A DNA stretch of 64,000 nt from contig JBAQGA010000189.1 of NCBI GenBank assembly GCA_049287565.1, positions 15,626 to 79,625 of the forward strand, given 5' to 3'. Position 1 is the stretch's first letter; every line of letters begins with the position of its first letter. The translations under genes and the position numbers were made by a program. Shown here in pieces: positions 43,819 through 52,937 of this stretch. Below the pieces are notes generated by a model, which saw only the letters and a list, made by a program, of their open reading frames with translations, was not told the origin of the DNA and did not search any database. Source of the DNA: Candidatus Aminicenantales bacterium (lineage in GTDB: Bacteria; Acidobacteriota; Aminicenantia; Aminicenantales; UBA8522).

Positions 43819-44376
43819 TCATACCTCCTTGGAATCATATTTGAATAACAGGAGTGCGCGCTCGATCGCTCTTTCTTTGAAGAGGATCTCCATTTTTTGA
43901 TCGAGGCTCAAACGCGGAACCTTGACGGGCCCCGCCGGAATAGAAATCCCTTGTTCCTCCCGCCTTTTAATCTTTTCGGCTGAGACCAGCACCCGCCGGA
44001 CCGATTCGGCCAGCCTGGATGTCTCGGTTTGGCCGAGGGGTGCCGTCGCGTTCTCTCTTGGGCGATAAGAGAATCCGGGAAGTTGACCGAGGGCAGATGC
44101 AAGGGCCTTGAATTCTGGCGGCGGGCCCGCTCCAGGACGTTTCAGAATAGAAAAGAAGATCCCCGCCATGATCAAGACCAGGACCGTTGCAAGCACAGGG
44201 ACGGCTCTTACCTGGGAAAGAATGGGCGGCTTTTTGCCGCCGGCCTCCCCCTTGAGGTGGGTCTCCACCCTGTCCCGGAAATTTCTGGTGCGGAAGAAGG
44301 CCAGGCCATCTTCTTCTTCCTGTCTTATCAAGGCAGAGATGTCCCCGAAATCATGATCCGTCAGGTCATTTTTCAT
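43819..44376 (-). CDS. Putative membrane-anchored anti-sigma factor
   Basis: 185 aa, a single central TM (VPVLATVLVLIMAGIFFSIL), overlaps the ECF sigma stop by 11 nt. Confidence 0.5.
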   Translation of the reverse strand: MKNDLTDHDFGDISALIRQEEEDGLAFFRTRNFRDRVETHLKGEAGGKKPPILSQVRAVPVLATVLVLIMAGIFFSILKRPGAGPPPEFKALASALGQLPGFSYRPRENATAPLGQTETSRLAESVRRVLVSAEKIKRREEQGISIPAGPVKVPRLSLDQKMEILFKERAIERALLLFKYDSKEV

Positions 44377-44848
44377 CGTTCCCCTCGTTCATGCCATCCA
44401 GCACCGCCCTGCGGGCGCGGTTCAGACGGGACATCACCGTCCCTTGCTTGAGGCCCAGGGTTTCGACCAGCTCTGCATAAGAAAGGTGTCCGTACTCCCG
44501 CAAGACAAAGACCTCCTTTTGTTTTCCCGGAAGGCGACGGACAGCCTCTTTGAGTTTGACCAGGCGTTCCCGTGTATCCAAGTGCTCGTGCTGATTGGGA
44601 TTCTCCCGGGCATCGTCCGAAGTCACGCTCCTCTGAAAAAGACGGAAGAGCCGCCTTTCTTTCTGATGGTCGAGGCAGGTGTTCCGGGCGATCCGAAGTA
44701 GCCACGCTCTCAGGGCGGCGGGCTCGTGGACCGATCCGATCTTACGAAAGGCCTTGAGGTAGACTTCCTGGGTCAGATCTTCGGCATCTAACGGATTCCG
44801 GGAGAATCCCAGGCAGATCCGGAAGACGTCTTCCCGGTAGGTCATCAT
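44366..44848 (-). CDS. ECF (group 4) RNA polymerase sigma factor
   Basis: Sigma-2 (DLTQEVYLKAFRK) and sigma-4 (LSYAELVETLGLKQGTVMSRLNRAR) regions; preferred start ATG 44848 has a GAGGAA SD (ORF track extends to 44902). Confidence 0.8.
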   Translation of the reverse strand: MMTYREDVFRICLGFSRNPLDAEDLTQEVYLKAFRKIGSVHEPAALRAWLLRIARNTCLDHQKERRLFRLFQRSVTSDDARENPNQHEHLDTRERLVKLKEAVRRLPGKQKEVFVLREYGHLSYAELVETLGLKQGTVMSRLNRARRAVLDGMNEGNDEK

Positions 44849-44909
44849 TTCCTCAGTTAGGCGAGCCGCTTTTTCTGTCCTTGCCATGCGTCTTGTGTTC
44901 ATTAGGAAA

Positions 44910-44934
44910 GACGACCCACGATGAAAAATATTCC
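44910..44934 (-). promoter_or_regulatory. Predicted ECF-type autoregulatory promoter GGAAT-N16-CGTC
   Basis: Minus-strand GGAAT (44934-44930) and CGTC (44913-44910) with a 16-nt spacer, upstream of the ECF sigma gene; resembles the ECF -35 GGAAC / -10 CGTC-type consensus. Confidence 0.4.
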
Positions 44935-45070
44935 ATTTCGAGACCGGGAATCAAGAGGCGGTCCTCTCTCGCCCGCTAATACGCAGCCCGCAGTGGAGGA
45001 TTCTTTCTTTCCGGCAAAGATATCGATATAATGAAAGAGGTTCTATTTTTTATAGGCCAGAGGAATTCGG

Positions 45071-46081
45071 ATGATCAAAGAGGCCATGCTCTGGCGCGTC
45101 CTGGAAGAGGGGAAGGTCGAGTGTTTCCTCTGCGCCCATCGCTGTCAGGTCGCGGTGGGCAAGTTCGGCGTCTGCGGCGTCCGCGAGAACCGGGATGGGA
45201 AGCTCATCACCCGCGTCTACGGGGAGGTTATCGCCGCCCATATCGACCCGATCGAGAAAAAGCCCCTCTATCATTTCCTGCCGGGGACGACCTCGTTCTC
45301 CATCGCCACGGTCGGCTGCAACTTCCGGTGTCCTTTCTGCCAGAACTGGCAGATCTCCCAGGTGACCAAGAAAGACAAGCGCTTTGCCGACGGCCAGGCG
45401 CTCTCTGCAGAGGAGATCGTGCGAGCCGCCCGGACGCGGGGCTGCCGCAGCATCTCCTATACCTATACCGAGCCGACCATCTTCTTCGAATATGCCTACG
45501 ACACGGCCCGGTTGGCCCGGAGCGCCGGGCTGGCCAACGTCTTTGTCACCAACGGGTATATGACGGCCGAGGCGCTACGGACGATCCGGCCCTTTCTCGA
45601 TGCGGCCAACGTCGACCTCAAGGCCTTCCGGGATGAGACCTATAAAAAGATCTGCGGCGCCCGGCTTCAGCCCGTCCTCGATTCGGTCCGCCTGATGCAT
45701 GAGCTCGGCATCTGGGTGGAGGTGACCACACTCGTCGTCCCGGCTCTGAATGACAGCGATAAAGAACTCGGAGATATCGCCCGCTTCATCGCCTCCGTCA
45801 ATCCGGAGATCCCCTGGCACATCAGCCGTTTCCATCCCGACTACGAATACGATCAGGCGGCGGCGACACCCTTGGAGAGTCTCCGGAAAGCCCGTTCACT
45901 GGGGAAGGAAGCGGGATTGAAATATATCTATATCGGCAATGTCTGGGGGGAGTCGGAGAATACGGATTGCTCTGAATGCGGAAGGACGCTACTCCGCCGG
46001 AGTGGGTTTTCTATCGAGGAGAACAGGATTCATGGGGGGAAATGCTCTTTTTGCGGCGCTCCCGTCGCCGGCGTTTTTTGA
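45071..46081 (+). CDS. AmmeMemoRadiSam-system radical SAM enzyme (PFL-activase-like)
   Basis: CNFRCPFCQNW CX3CX2C motif plus the N-terminal CFLCAHRC...CGVREN Cys cluster characteristic of this subfamily. Confidence 0.8.
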   Translation: MIKEAMLWRVLEEGKVECFLCAHRCQVAVGKFGVCGVRENRDGKLITRVYGEVIAAHIDPIEKKPLYHFLPGTTSFSIATVGCNFRCPFCQNWQISQVTKKDKRFADGQALSAEEIVRAARTRGCRSISYTYTEPTIFFEYAYDTARLARSAGLANVFVTNGYMTAEALRTIRPFLDAANVDLKAFRDETYKKICGARLQPVLDSVRLMHELGIWVEVTTLVVPALNDSDKELGDIARFIASVNPEIPWHISRFHPDYEYDQAAATPLESLRKARSLGKEAGLKYIYIGNVWGESENTDCSECGRTLLRRSGFSIEENRIHGGKCSFCGAPVAGVF

Positions 46082-46129
46082 GCCTATACAAAAAATGACA
46101 GGGAGAGGAGGAATCGACCAAACGGCTTT

Positions 46130-46833
46130 CTATAAAGCCGCCAGCCATGCCTCGATGGCCTCGAGGTGGAGCGAAACCACCTCGTCCAGGCTCTTCGGTT
46201 CCTTCCGCCGGCTTTCTCGACGGAACGCGGCGACGGTCCTGTCGATATCGAGCCAGGTCGAGAGAAGCCCATGGTGAGAGGAAGAACCCGGATCGAACGG
46301 CTGAGTTTCACCCAGGGATAGAATGTCTGCGGCTGTAAATCCCTTTCCTCCCAGTTTTTTCAGCATTTTTTCATAGACCGCCGCATAAACCGCATCAAAA
46401 TGGAAATAAAGCTCCACGCCTTGAGAATCCAGGTATGATTCGACCGTCCCGTCCGCGCCGAAGTGCCCGAGGCAGTCGGGATGGAGAGGCATGGACGCAT
46501 ATTTTTCCCGGCCTTCCTTGTCGGTAATCTGTCCGAGCGGGTAGAGACGGCAGACTAAAGGACGGTCGGGATGAACCCCGCAGCCCCTGGAGTCGAGGAA
46601 AATGCAGCTCCCGTCCGGCTTGTTGCGCAGAACGATCCCCCCCTCTTCGGTGCAGGTGCGGTGGAAATCGGTGGTCGTGATGCCAAGATTCCGGGCAAGA
46701 CGGAGGGCCTCGTAGGGGGCCACCCGGATAGCCTTGTTGAAGCAGCAGGCGCTGCAGACTTGGCACTTGAAAGAAAAGGGGCTCTCTTTCTTCAGGTCGA
46801 AGACGAGCGCCGTGGGAAATCCGGCTTGATCCA
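46130..46833 (-). CDS. YkgJ-family CxxCxxCC cysteine-cluster protein (UPF0153)
   Basis: KCQVCSACCFNK motif; AGGAGG RBS 11 nt before internal ATG ~46833; the ORF-track upstream extension to 47149 is low-complexity and rejected; coordinates +/-1. Confidence 0.6.
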
Positions 46834-46966
46834 TGGGTGGATCGACCTCCTGCTCTGAGCGGCCCGGAATCCTACAATAGGAGGCAATGGTTGTCAACCG
46901 GTTCGGCCGGAGTCCCCGCGATACCGAATTCGTGATAGAATAAAGAGAAAGAACAGAAGGACGGAT

Positions 46967-47392
46967 ATGGACGAGAAATTCAGGTTCCTTGACCACACGG
47001 CCGACGCCAAATTCCAGGCCTTCGGCCGCACGCTCGAGGAAGCCTTCGCCAACGCCGCCCTGGCCACCGTCTCCCTGATGTGGGAGCCGGAGAAGGTGGA
47101 GAAAAAAGTCGACCATCCGATGAGCGTCCAAGGTCGGGACCTGGAACAACTGCTTGTCCGATTTCTAGGAGAGGTCATTTATTTGTGGGAGACCCGGTCC
47201 TTTCTGACGGCGGCGGCCGAAAACATCGTCATCGAGCCGGCCGGAGACGGTTTCCATCTCCACGCTCTTTTCCAGGGCGATGACCGGCCCGAGAAATACG
47301 CGATCTTTGGTGAGGTCAAGGCCGTCACTTACAACGAAATGAAGATCGGACGCGGCCGCCCCGTCTCCGTTCAGGTGGTGCTGGATATTTGA
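46967..47392 (+). CDS. Archease
   Basis: 141 aa; FRFLDHTADAKFQAFGRTLEEAF N-terminal signature of archease. Confidence 0.8.
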   Translation: MDEKFRFLDHTADAKFQAFGRTLEEAFANAALATVSLMWEPEKVEKKVDHPMSVQGRDLEQLLVRFLGEVIYLWETRSFLTAAAENIVIEPAGDGFHLHALFQGDDRPEKYAIFGEVKAVTYNEMKIGRGRPVSVQVVLDI

Positions 47393-47400
47393 GGTGAGAT

Positions 47401-48822
47401 ATGGAGCTCCTCAGAAAAAGTGATTTCGTCTGGGAAATTCCCCCCCACGGGGAGATGAAGGTCCCGGCGACGATCTATGCCTCGTCGCGCCTGTTGGAAA
47501 GCGTCAGGAACGACCTGACCCTGCAGCAGGCCCGGAATGTCGCCTGCCTGCCGGGCATCCAGCGGATGTCCTACGTCATGCCCGACGGCCACCAGGGCTA
47601 CGGCTTTCCGATCGGCGGGGTGGCGGCCTTCGATCTGGACCAAGGGATCATCTCGCCGGGAGGGGTTGGCTACGACATCAATTGCGGGGTGAGGCTGCTG
47701 CGGACTGATTTCTCGGAGAGAGACATCGCCGCGAAACGGAAGGAGCTCCTGGCCGAGATCTTTAAGGAGGTGCCGGCCGGAGTGGGGAAGGGCGGGATCA
47801 CCCGGCTCAGCCGGAACGTGCTCAAGGATATCCTGATCAAGGGCGCCGAATGGGCCGTCGAGAACGGCTACGGTGCCAAGGACGACCTGCTGATGACCGA
47901 GGAATACGGCCGGATGAAGGACGCCGATCCCGCCGGGGTTTCGCCACGCGCTCTGGAAAGAGGCATCCCCCAGCTTGGTACGCTCGGCGCGGGAAACCAC
48001 TTTTTGGAAATCCAGAAGGTCTCCGATATCTATGACCAGGCACTGGCTCGAATTTTCGGCATCCGGGCCATCGGCCAGGTTATGGTCATGATCCACTGCG
48101 GCAGCCGCGGCCTCGGCCACCAGGTCGCCACCGACTATATCGAGCTCATGGAGAACAGGTTCGGGACACGGGGGCTTCCCGACAGGGAATTGATCAATGC
48201 GCCCGTCCGGTCGCCGCTCGGCCGGCAGTATTACAAGTCCATGTGCGCCGCGGTTAATTACGCTTTCGCCAACCGCCAGATGATCGCCCACTGGGTTCGG
48301 GAAGTCTTTTCCAGGGTCATGGGCTGCGCCAAGGATATGAGTCAGGTCTATGACGTCTGCCACAACGTCGCCAAGATCGAAAGGCATCTGATCGAAGGGA
48401 AGGAGCGCGAGGTCTGCGTCCACCGCAAGGGTGCGACCCGGAGCTTCGGCCCGGGTCGGCCGGAGATCCCCGAGGTTTACCGGCCGCACGGTCAGCCGGT
48501 GATCATCCCCGGCAGCATGGGGACGGCATCCTATCTTCTTGTCGGTACCGCGGAAGCCGAAGGATTGAGTTTTAGCTCGACGGCCCACGGCGCCGGAAGG
48601 CTCATGTCCCGGCATGAGGCGCTTCGCCGCTTCCGCGGCGAGCAGATCCGCGACGAGCTGCAGAGGAAGGGGATCGAGCTCCAGTCGACGAGCTGGAAAG
48701 GGGTGGCCGAAGAAGCGCCAGGCGCCTATAAGGATGTAGACGAAGTGGTCAGGGTTTCCCACGAGGTTGGGATCGGCCGGCTGGTCGCCCGGGTCGTCCC
48801 GATGGGAGTGATGAAAGGATAA
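47401..48822 (+). CDS. rtcB: RNA-splicing ligase RtcB
   Basis: MPDGHQGYGFPIGGV and NHFLE... metal-binding His motifs; 473 aa; directly downstream of archease. Confidence 0.9.
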   Translation: MELLRKSDFVWEIPPHGEMKVPATIYASSRLLESVRNDLTLQQARNVACLPGIQRMSYVMPDGHQGYGFPIGGVAAFDLDQGIISPGGVGYDINCGVRLLRTDFSERDIAAKRKELLAEIFKEVPAGVGKGGITRLSRNVLKDILIKGAEWAVENGYGAKDDLLMTEEYGRMKDADPAGVSPRALERGIPQLGTLGAGNHFLEIQKVSDIYDQALARIFGIRAIGQVMVMIHCGSRGLGHQVATDYIELMENRFGTRGLPDRELINAPVRSPLGRQYYKSMCAAVNYAFANRQMIAHWVREVFSRVMGCAKDMSQVYDVCHNVAKIERHLIEGKEREVCVHRKGATRSFGPGRPEIPEVYRPHGQPVIIPGSMGTASYLLVGTAEAEGLSFSSTAHGAGRLMSRHEALRRFRGEQIRDELQRKGIELQSTSWKGVAEEAPGAYKDVDEVVRVSHEVGIGRLVARVVPMGVMKG

Positions 48823-48836
48823 ACCCACATCACCGG

Positions 48837-49331
48837 TCAGGTGATGACCTTGTCAATGTCCTTCTCGGCGTAATCCTCGAACTGAAGAGCCAGCGTGTAT
48901 TCGCTGCGCAGCATGAGATAGTGGCTGTTTTCGACATGACTCAGGTAGACGAGCATTTTTTTGTTCGGTTCCGGGACCCTCTTGGCGAGAGCGGCATAGA
49001 AATCCCGGGCTGATTTCTCCCCGTTCATCGCCTGTCCGAGGATGTCGGCCAGGCTTGAGGACGGCTTGATGACGACCGCGGGGAGGAGGCGCTGGTCCAC
49101 GGTCTTGGGGATCTCGGGCTTTTCTTTCCCGTAGAGGGAGGCAAACATCCGTCTGAGGATCTCCTTGTGTTTTCTTTCTTCCAGAGCCAGGACCCGGAAT
49201 TTTTCCTTGAGCAGGGGGTTTTTCAGCCGGCCGGCCATCCTCGTGTAGATTGTGTTGGCGTCCATTTCCGCCCTGATGGCGTAGCCCAGCAGCTTTTTTA
49301 CGGATTGTCTAGCGATACTGATCATGAACAT
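48837..49331 (-). CDS. Ferritin-like diiron-carboxylate protein (COG1633-like), paralog C
   Basis: 164 aa; EERKHKEIL and ENSHYLM ExxH pairs; similar in length and pattern to paralogs A and B. Confidence 0.55.
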   Translation of the reverse strand: MFMISIARQSVKKLLGYAIRAEMDANTIYTRMAGRLKNPLLKEKFRVLALEERKHKEILRRMFASLYGKEKPEIPKTVDQRLLPAVVIKPSSSLADILGQAMNGEKSARDFYAALAKRVPEPNKKMLVYLSHVENSHYLMLRSEYTLALQFEDYAEKDIDKVIT

Positions 49332-49510
49332 CTCCTTTAGAAACCTAAAAGATACACCAATGGCCAGGAGAGTGCAATCCTTCCGCCCCCCATTTCAAGA
49401 GAGAGTGGGTGGCATGGCGCTAGTCCCCGCCCGCCCGCAGCCGATGGTGGTGGGTGGGTGGGTCTTGGGCGAGGACGGACGGGGACGCGCCATGACAGGT
49501 CCCGCGAGCT

Positions 49511-51217
49511 CTACCTCAGCTTCTTCTTGAGCCGGCTCCAGGGGAGACAGTTCAAGATGTCCTTTTTTTCCAGCCAGGCGCGCCGCGCGATGCCGACGCC
49601 GAAGCGCATCATCCCGAGCCCCTCGGCCGAATGAGTATCCGTGCCGAGCGAGATCATGACACCGAGGTCCCTGGCTCGCTTGAGATAGAACTCGTTGAGG
49701 TCCAAGCGGTCGTAGTAAGAATTGAGCTCGAGGGCCTTACCGAGGCGCCGGGCGCCTGCCAGGACGGCCTCCAGGTCGACCTCATATCCCTCCCGCCCCG
49801 AGATCAGTCGGCCCGTCGGGTGGCCGATGATGTCAAGATGGGGATTCTCCATGGCCTTGAGCATCCGGGCGGTGACGTTCTTCTTGAATCCGGAGTGGAT
49901 CGATCCCACGACGACGTCGAGCCGGGCCAGGAGGTGATCGGGGAAGTCGAGCGAGCCGTCGGCCAGGATATCCATCTCCGTCCCCTTCAGAAGCCGGATT
50001 CCCTTCAACCGTCTATTGAGCGCCTCGATCTCCTTCATCTGCCGGCGGAGCCGGTCGGGCGTCAGACCGCCGGCATACTTAGCCGCCTGGCTGTGGTCGC
50101 AAATGGCGATGTAGGTGTAGCCGCGCCGGCGAGCGAGATCGGCTAGGCCCGAGAGGCTGACATGGCCGTCGCTCCAGTCCGAATGGACGTGGAGGTCGCC
50201 CCGGATATGGGCGTTAGCGATGAGATCCGGCAGCCGGCCTTCGAGGGCCAGTTCGATTTCGCCCCGGTCCTCGCGCATCTCGGGCGGGATGAAAGGAAGG
50301 CCCAGGACGGCGTAGACCTCGCTCTCGTCCCGGCCGGCGATTTTCCTGGAGCCGCGGAAGACGCCGTACTCGGAGATCTTGAGCCCTTTGTCCTTGGCCA
50401 GGCCGCGGAGCTTGATATTGTGGGCTTTTGAGCCGGTGAAATACTGGAGGGCGGCCCCGTACTCCTGGTCGGCGACGATGCGGAGGTCGACCTGGCGCTC
50501 ACCTGTCTCGGTCGCGATCATGACCGAGCCTTTTGTTGTGCCCGCTGCGAGAACACGGCTGATTCTGGGGAACCGGGTGAAATAGCGGACGATCGAGGCG
50601 CCGTCCTTTCCGCCGGCCAGGATATCGATATCGCCGACGGACTCCTTCATCCGGCGGAGCGAACCGGCCGGGGAGAGGCGGCCGATCCCCGGAGCGCCGG
50701 CCAGATAGGCGATGATGTCCTCGGCCACGGCCAGGGCCTCGTAGATGGGGATCCGCTCCTGGGCTTTCTCGTAGATTTCGATCCCTTTGCGGATGTTCTC
50801 CACTTTCTTGTCGCCCATTCCGTGGAGGGAGGCGAGGGTGCCATCCCGGATAGCCCTTTTCAGGTCGGCGATTCCCTGGACGCCGAGCTCTTTCTGCATC
50901 AGGTGGACCGTCTTGGCGCCGAGATTCTGGACGTTGAGGAGCTCGAAGAGCGATTCGGGGATACCGGAGAGGGCGTCCCGGTGTTTTTTCATCCGGCCGG
51001 TCTGGACGTATTCCTCGATCTTCGAGGCGATGCCGCTGCCGATGCCCTCGATCTCCTCCAGCCGCTTTTCGCGGGCGACGGTCTCGATGTCTTCGCTCAG
51101 GTCCTCGAGAATGCGGGCGGCCTTGCGGTAGGCGAGGATTTTAAATGGCAGTTCTCCCTTGATCTCCAGCGCGTCGGCGATACGGGAAAAAATCGCGGCC
51201 ACTTCCTTGTTTCTCAT
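49511..51217 (-). CDS. polX: DNA polymerase X family protein with C-terminal PHP phosphoesterase domain
   Basis: N-terminal MRNKEVAAIFSRIADALEIKGE...FKILAYRKAAR HhH PolX signature; C-terminal HVHSDWSDG PHP motif. Confidence 0.85.
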   Translation of the reverse strand: MRNKEVAAIFSRIADALEIKGELPFKILAYRKAARILEDLSEDIETVAREKRLEEIEGIGSGIASKIEEYVQTGRMKKHRDALSGIPESLFELLNVQNLGAKTVHLMQKELGVQGIADLKRAIRDGTLASLHGMGDKKVENIRKGIEIYEKAQERIPIYEALAVAEDIIAYLAGAPGIGRLSPAGSLRRMKESVGDIDILAGGKDGASIVRYFTRFPRISRVLAAGTTKGSVMIATETGERQVDLRIVADQEYGAALQYFTGSKAHNIKLRGLAKDKGLKISEYGVFRGSRKIAGRDESEVYAVLGLPFIPPEMREDRGEIELALEGRLPDLIANAHIRGDLHVHSDWSDGHVSLSGLADLARRRGYTYIAICDHSQAAKYAGGLTPDRLRRQMKEIEALNRRLKGIRLLKGTEMDILADGSLDFPDHLLARLDVVVGSIHSGFKKNVTARMLKAMENPHLDIIGHPTGRLISGREGYEVDLEAVLAGARRLGKALELNSYYDRLDLNEFYLKRARDLGVMISLGTDTHSAEGLGMMRFGVGIARRAWLEKKDILNCLPWSRLKKKLR

Positions 51218-51274
51218 CGTTCCCCTATAGTGTAACAGAGATTGGGCGAAAAATGGGCGAATTGAAGACTCGAG

Positions 51275-51303
51275 TTGACATTTCTTGAGACTGTTTCTAT
51301 TTT
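51275..51303 (+). promoter_or_regulatory. Predicted sigma-70 promoter TTGACA-N17-TATTTT upstream of the tandem thyX-like gene (near-leaderless)
   Basis: TTGACA 51275-51280, 17-nt spacer, TATTTT 51298-51303; ATG at 51313 only about 10 nt downstream. Confidence 0.35.
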
Positions 51304-51312
51304 AAGACAATC

Positions 51313-52833
51313 ATGAAGGTCGTTCTAGCGGGTTACAATGTCGATAAAGAGGTCATCGACGACCTCAAGCGCCATTCCCCGCCGCGGGACGACGTAACGC
51401 CGGAGACTTTGTCCGCGTCCTACGCCCGCATTTCCCGCGATCCCCGCCCGGCCGACGAGCTCCGGGCCGTCGCCCGCCGTGAGGTGGAGCGGGCCCGCCG
51501 CTCCAACCAGACCATCATCTTCAAAATGGGGCACCACTCGGTGGCCGAACATGCCGTCTTCAATTTCGATATCATCGGCCTGAGCCGGTTGGCCCTGGAG
51601 GAGATCGAGAAGTTCCGGCTCTGCTCCTACACCGAAAAGTCGCAGCGCTACATCATGCTGGGCGATGATTTCGTCGTCCCCGAAGAGGTCCGGAAAGCGC
51701 GGCTGGAGAGGGTCTTCCTGAAGACCATCCGGGCACAGAACGCTCTCTACCACTCCCTTTACTCCAGATTGAAGCCATACCTTTTTATTAAATACAAGGA
51801 CCTCGCTCAAGACCCCCGGAACCACCCTGTCCTCGAAGGCTGGGCGAAAGAGGACGCCCGGTACGTGGTCAGCCTAGCGACCGAGGGCCAGGTCGGCCTG
51901 ACCATCAACGCCCGTAACCTCGAGCTCCTGATTCGGCGGTTTGCCGCCAAAAAAATGGCCGAGCTCCGGGAACTGAACCAACGGATCTACCGGCTGGCCA
52001 AGGAAGTCGCCCCCTCCATCATCCTTTTCACCGAGGCGTCGGATTTTGACGCCCGGACGTATGGGGAGCTGGAGGATGCGGCCCGGACCCTTTTTGAGAG
52101 GACGAAAGGCCGACCGAGGAAAGAGTCTCCCGCCGTCCGGAGCGGTGAGGAGTCCGTATCCTTGGCGGACACGACACCGGGGGGAGACGACCGGATCCTA
52201 GCGGCCATCCTCCATACGGCCAGCTCGATGCCCTACGAACAGGGCCTGAGGAGAGTCCGGTGGATGACACCGGCCGAGAAGAAGGATCTGGTCAAGACGG
52301 CCTTCCGCCGCCAGGAGTTTTACGATTTCCCCCTCCGCGAATTCGAATTTGCCGACCTGACCTTCTCGCTGGTCGTCTCGGCTTCCTGCTTCGCCCAGCT
52401 CAAGCGCCACCGTATGGCCACGCTGACCTGCCAGAGATATGATCCCGCGCTCGGGGTCACTGTGCCACCGACTGTTGAGGAGGTTGGCGCCGAACCCGAG
52501 TTCCGGCGGATGGTCGGCCAGACGGAAGAAACGCACGCGCTACTTCAAAAAAAGATCGGACCGGAGGCGGCCGCTTACGTGCTGATGAACGCACATCGCC
52601 GCCGCGTCCTGTTCAAAGTCAATGTCCGGGAACTCTATCACATCTCCCGGCTCCGCGAAGATCCCACGGCGCAATGGGAGATCAGGGAGGCCGTCGGCCG
52701 GATGTCCGCGCTGGCCCGTAAGGAAGTGCCCTTGAGTTGTCTTCTCCTCGGAGGGAAAAACCGGTATCCCGGCATCTACCGAAAAGTATTCGGCATGAAT
52801 CCCAGGTTGTCCTCGCCCAAGCTCCTCAAATAA
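51313..52833 (+). CDS. Tandem-duplicated flavin-dependent thymidylate synthase (ThyX)-like protein
   Basis: The first half has GHHSVAEHAVFNF...KFRLCSYTEKSQRY, which is ThyX-like with a Ser but RHR replaced by KFR; the second half has LKRHRMATLTCQRY and AQWEIRE, which is ThyX-like with RHR intact but Ser replaced; 506 aa is about twice ThyX size. Confidence 0.6.
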   Translation: MKVVLAGYNVDKEVIDDLKRHSPPRDDVTPETLSASYARISRDPRPADELRAVARREVERARRSNQTIIFKMGHHSVAEHAVFNFDIIGLSRLALEEIEKFRLCSYTEKSQRYIMLGDDFVVPEEVRKARLERVFLKTIRAQNALYHSLYSRLKPYLFIKYKDLAQDPRNHPVLEGWAKEDARYVVSLATEGQVGLTINARNLELLIRRFAAKKMAELRELNQRIYRLAKEVAPSIILFTEASDFDARTYGELEDAARTLFERTKGRPRKESPAVRSGEESVSLADTTPGGDDRILAAILHTASSMPYEQGLRRVRWMTPAEKKDLVKTAFRRQEFYDFPLREFEFADLTFSLVVSASCFAQLKRHRMATLTCQRYDPALGVTVPPTVEEVGAEPEFRRMVGQTEETHALLQKKIGPEAAAYVLMNAHRRRVLFKVNVRELYHISRLREDPTAQWEIREAVGRMSALARKEVPLSCLLLGGKNRYPGIYRKVFGMNPRLSSPKLLK

Positions 52834-52862
52834 GGCCCCGCCTGACTGGCGACAAACGAATC

Positions 52863-52890
52863 TTGACAAGACCCTTGATTAGAAGATAAT
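52863..52890 (+). promoter_or_regulatory. Predicted sigma-70 promoter TTGACA-N16-GATAAT upstream of the APC-Usp permease
   Basis: TTGACA 52863-52868, 16-nt spacer, GATAAT 52885-52890, about 45 nt before ATG 52938. Confidence 0.35.
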
Positions 52891-52937
52891 GCTTAGCTCA
52901 GAGATCAGGGGAGAATAAAAACGAAGGAAACTCCGCC

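Noticed and set aside
45031-45636. 201-aa plus-strand ORF overlapping the radical SAM gene in another frame
   Set aside because: Arg/Pro/Gly-rich translation; the rSAM frame carries the CX3CX2C and subfamily-specific Cys motifs.
46834-47149. N-terminal 105-aa extension of the YkgJ ORF given in the track
   Set aside because: The extension (MFQVPTLDAHRM...GDGGQGGVGEG) is low complexity and runs antisense through the archease 5' region; an AGGAGG RBS precedes the internal ATG that begins the conserved YkgJ domain.
47371-48828. 485-aa minus-strand ORF antisense to rtcB
   Set aside because: Shadow ORF of the strongly supported rtcB; translation is low complexity.
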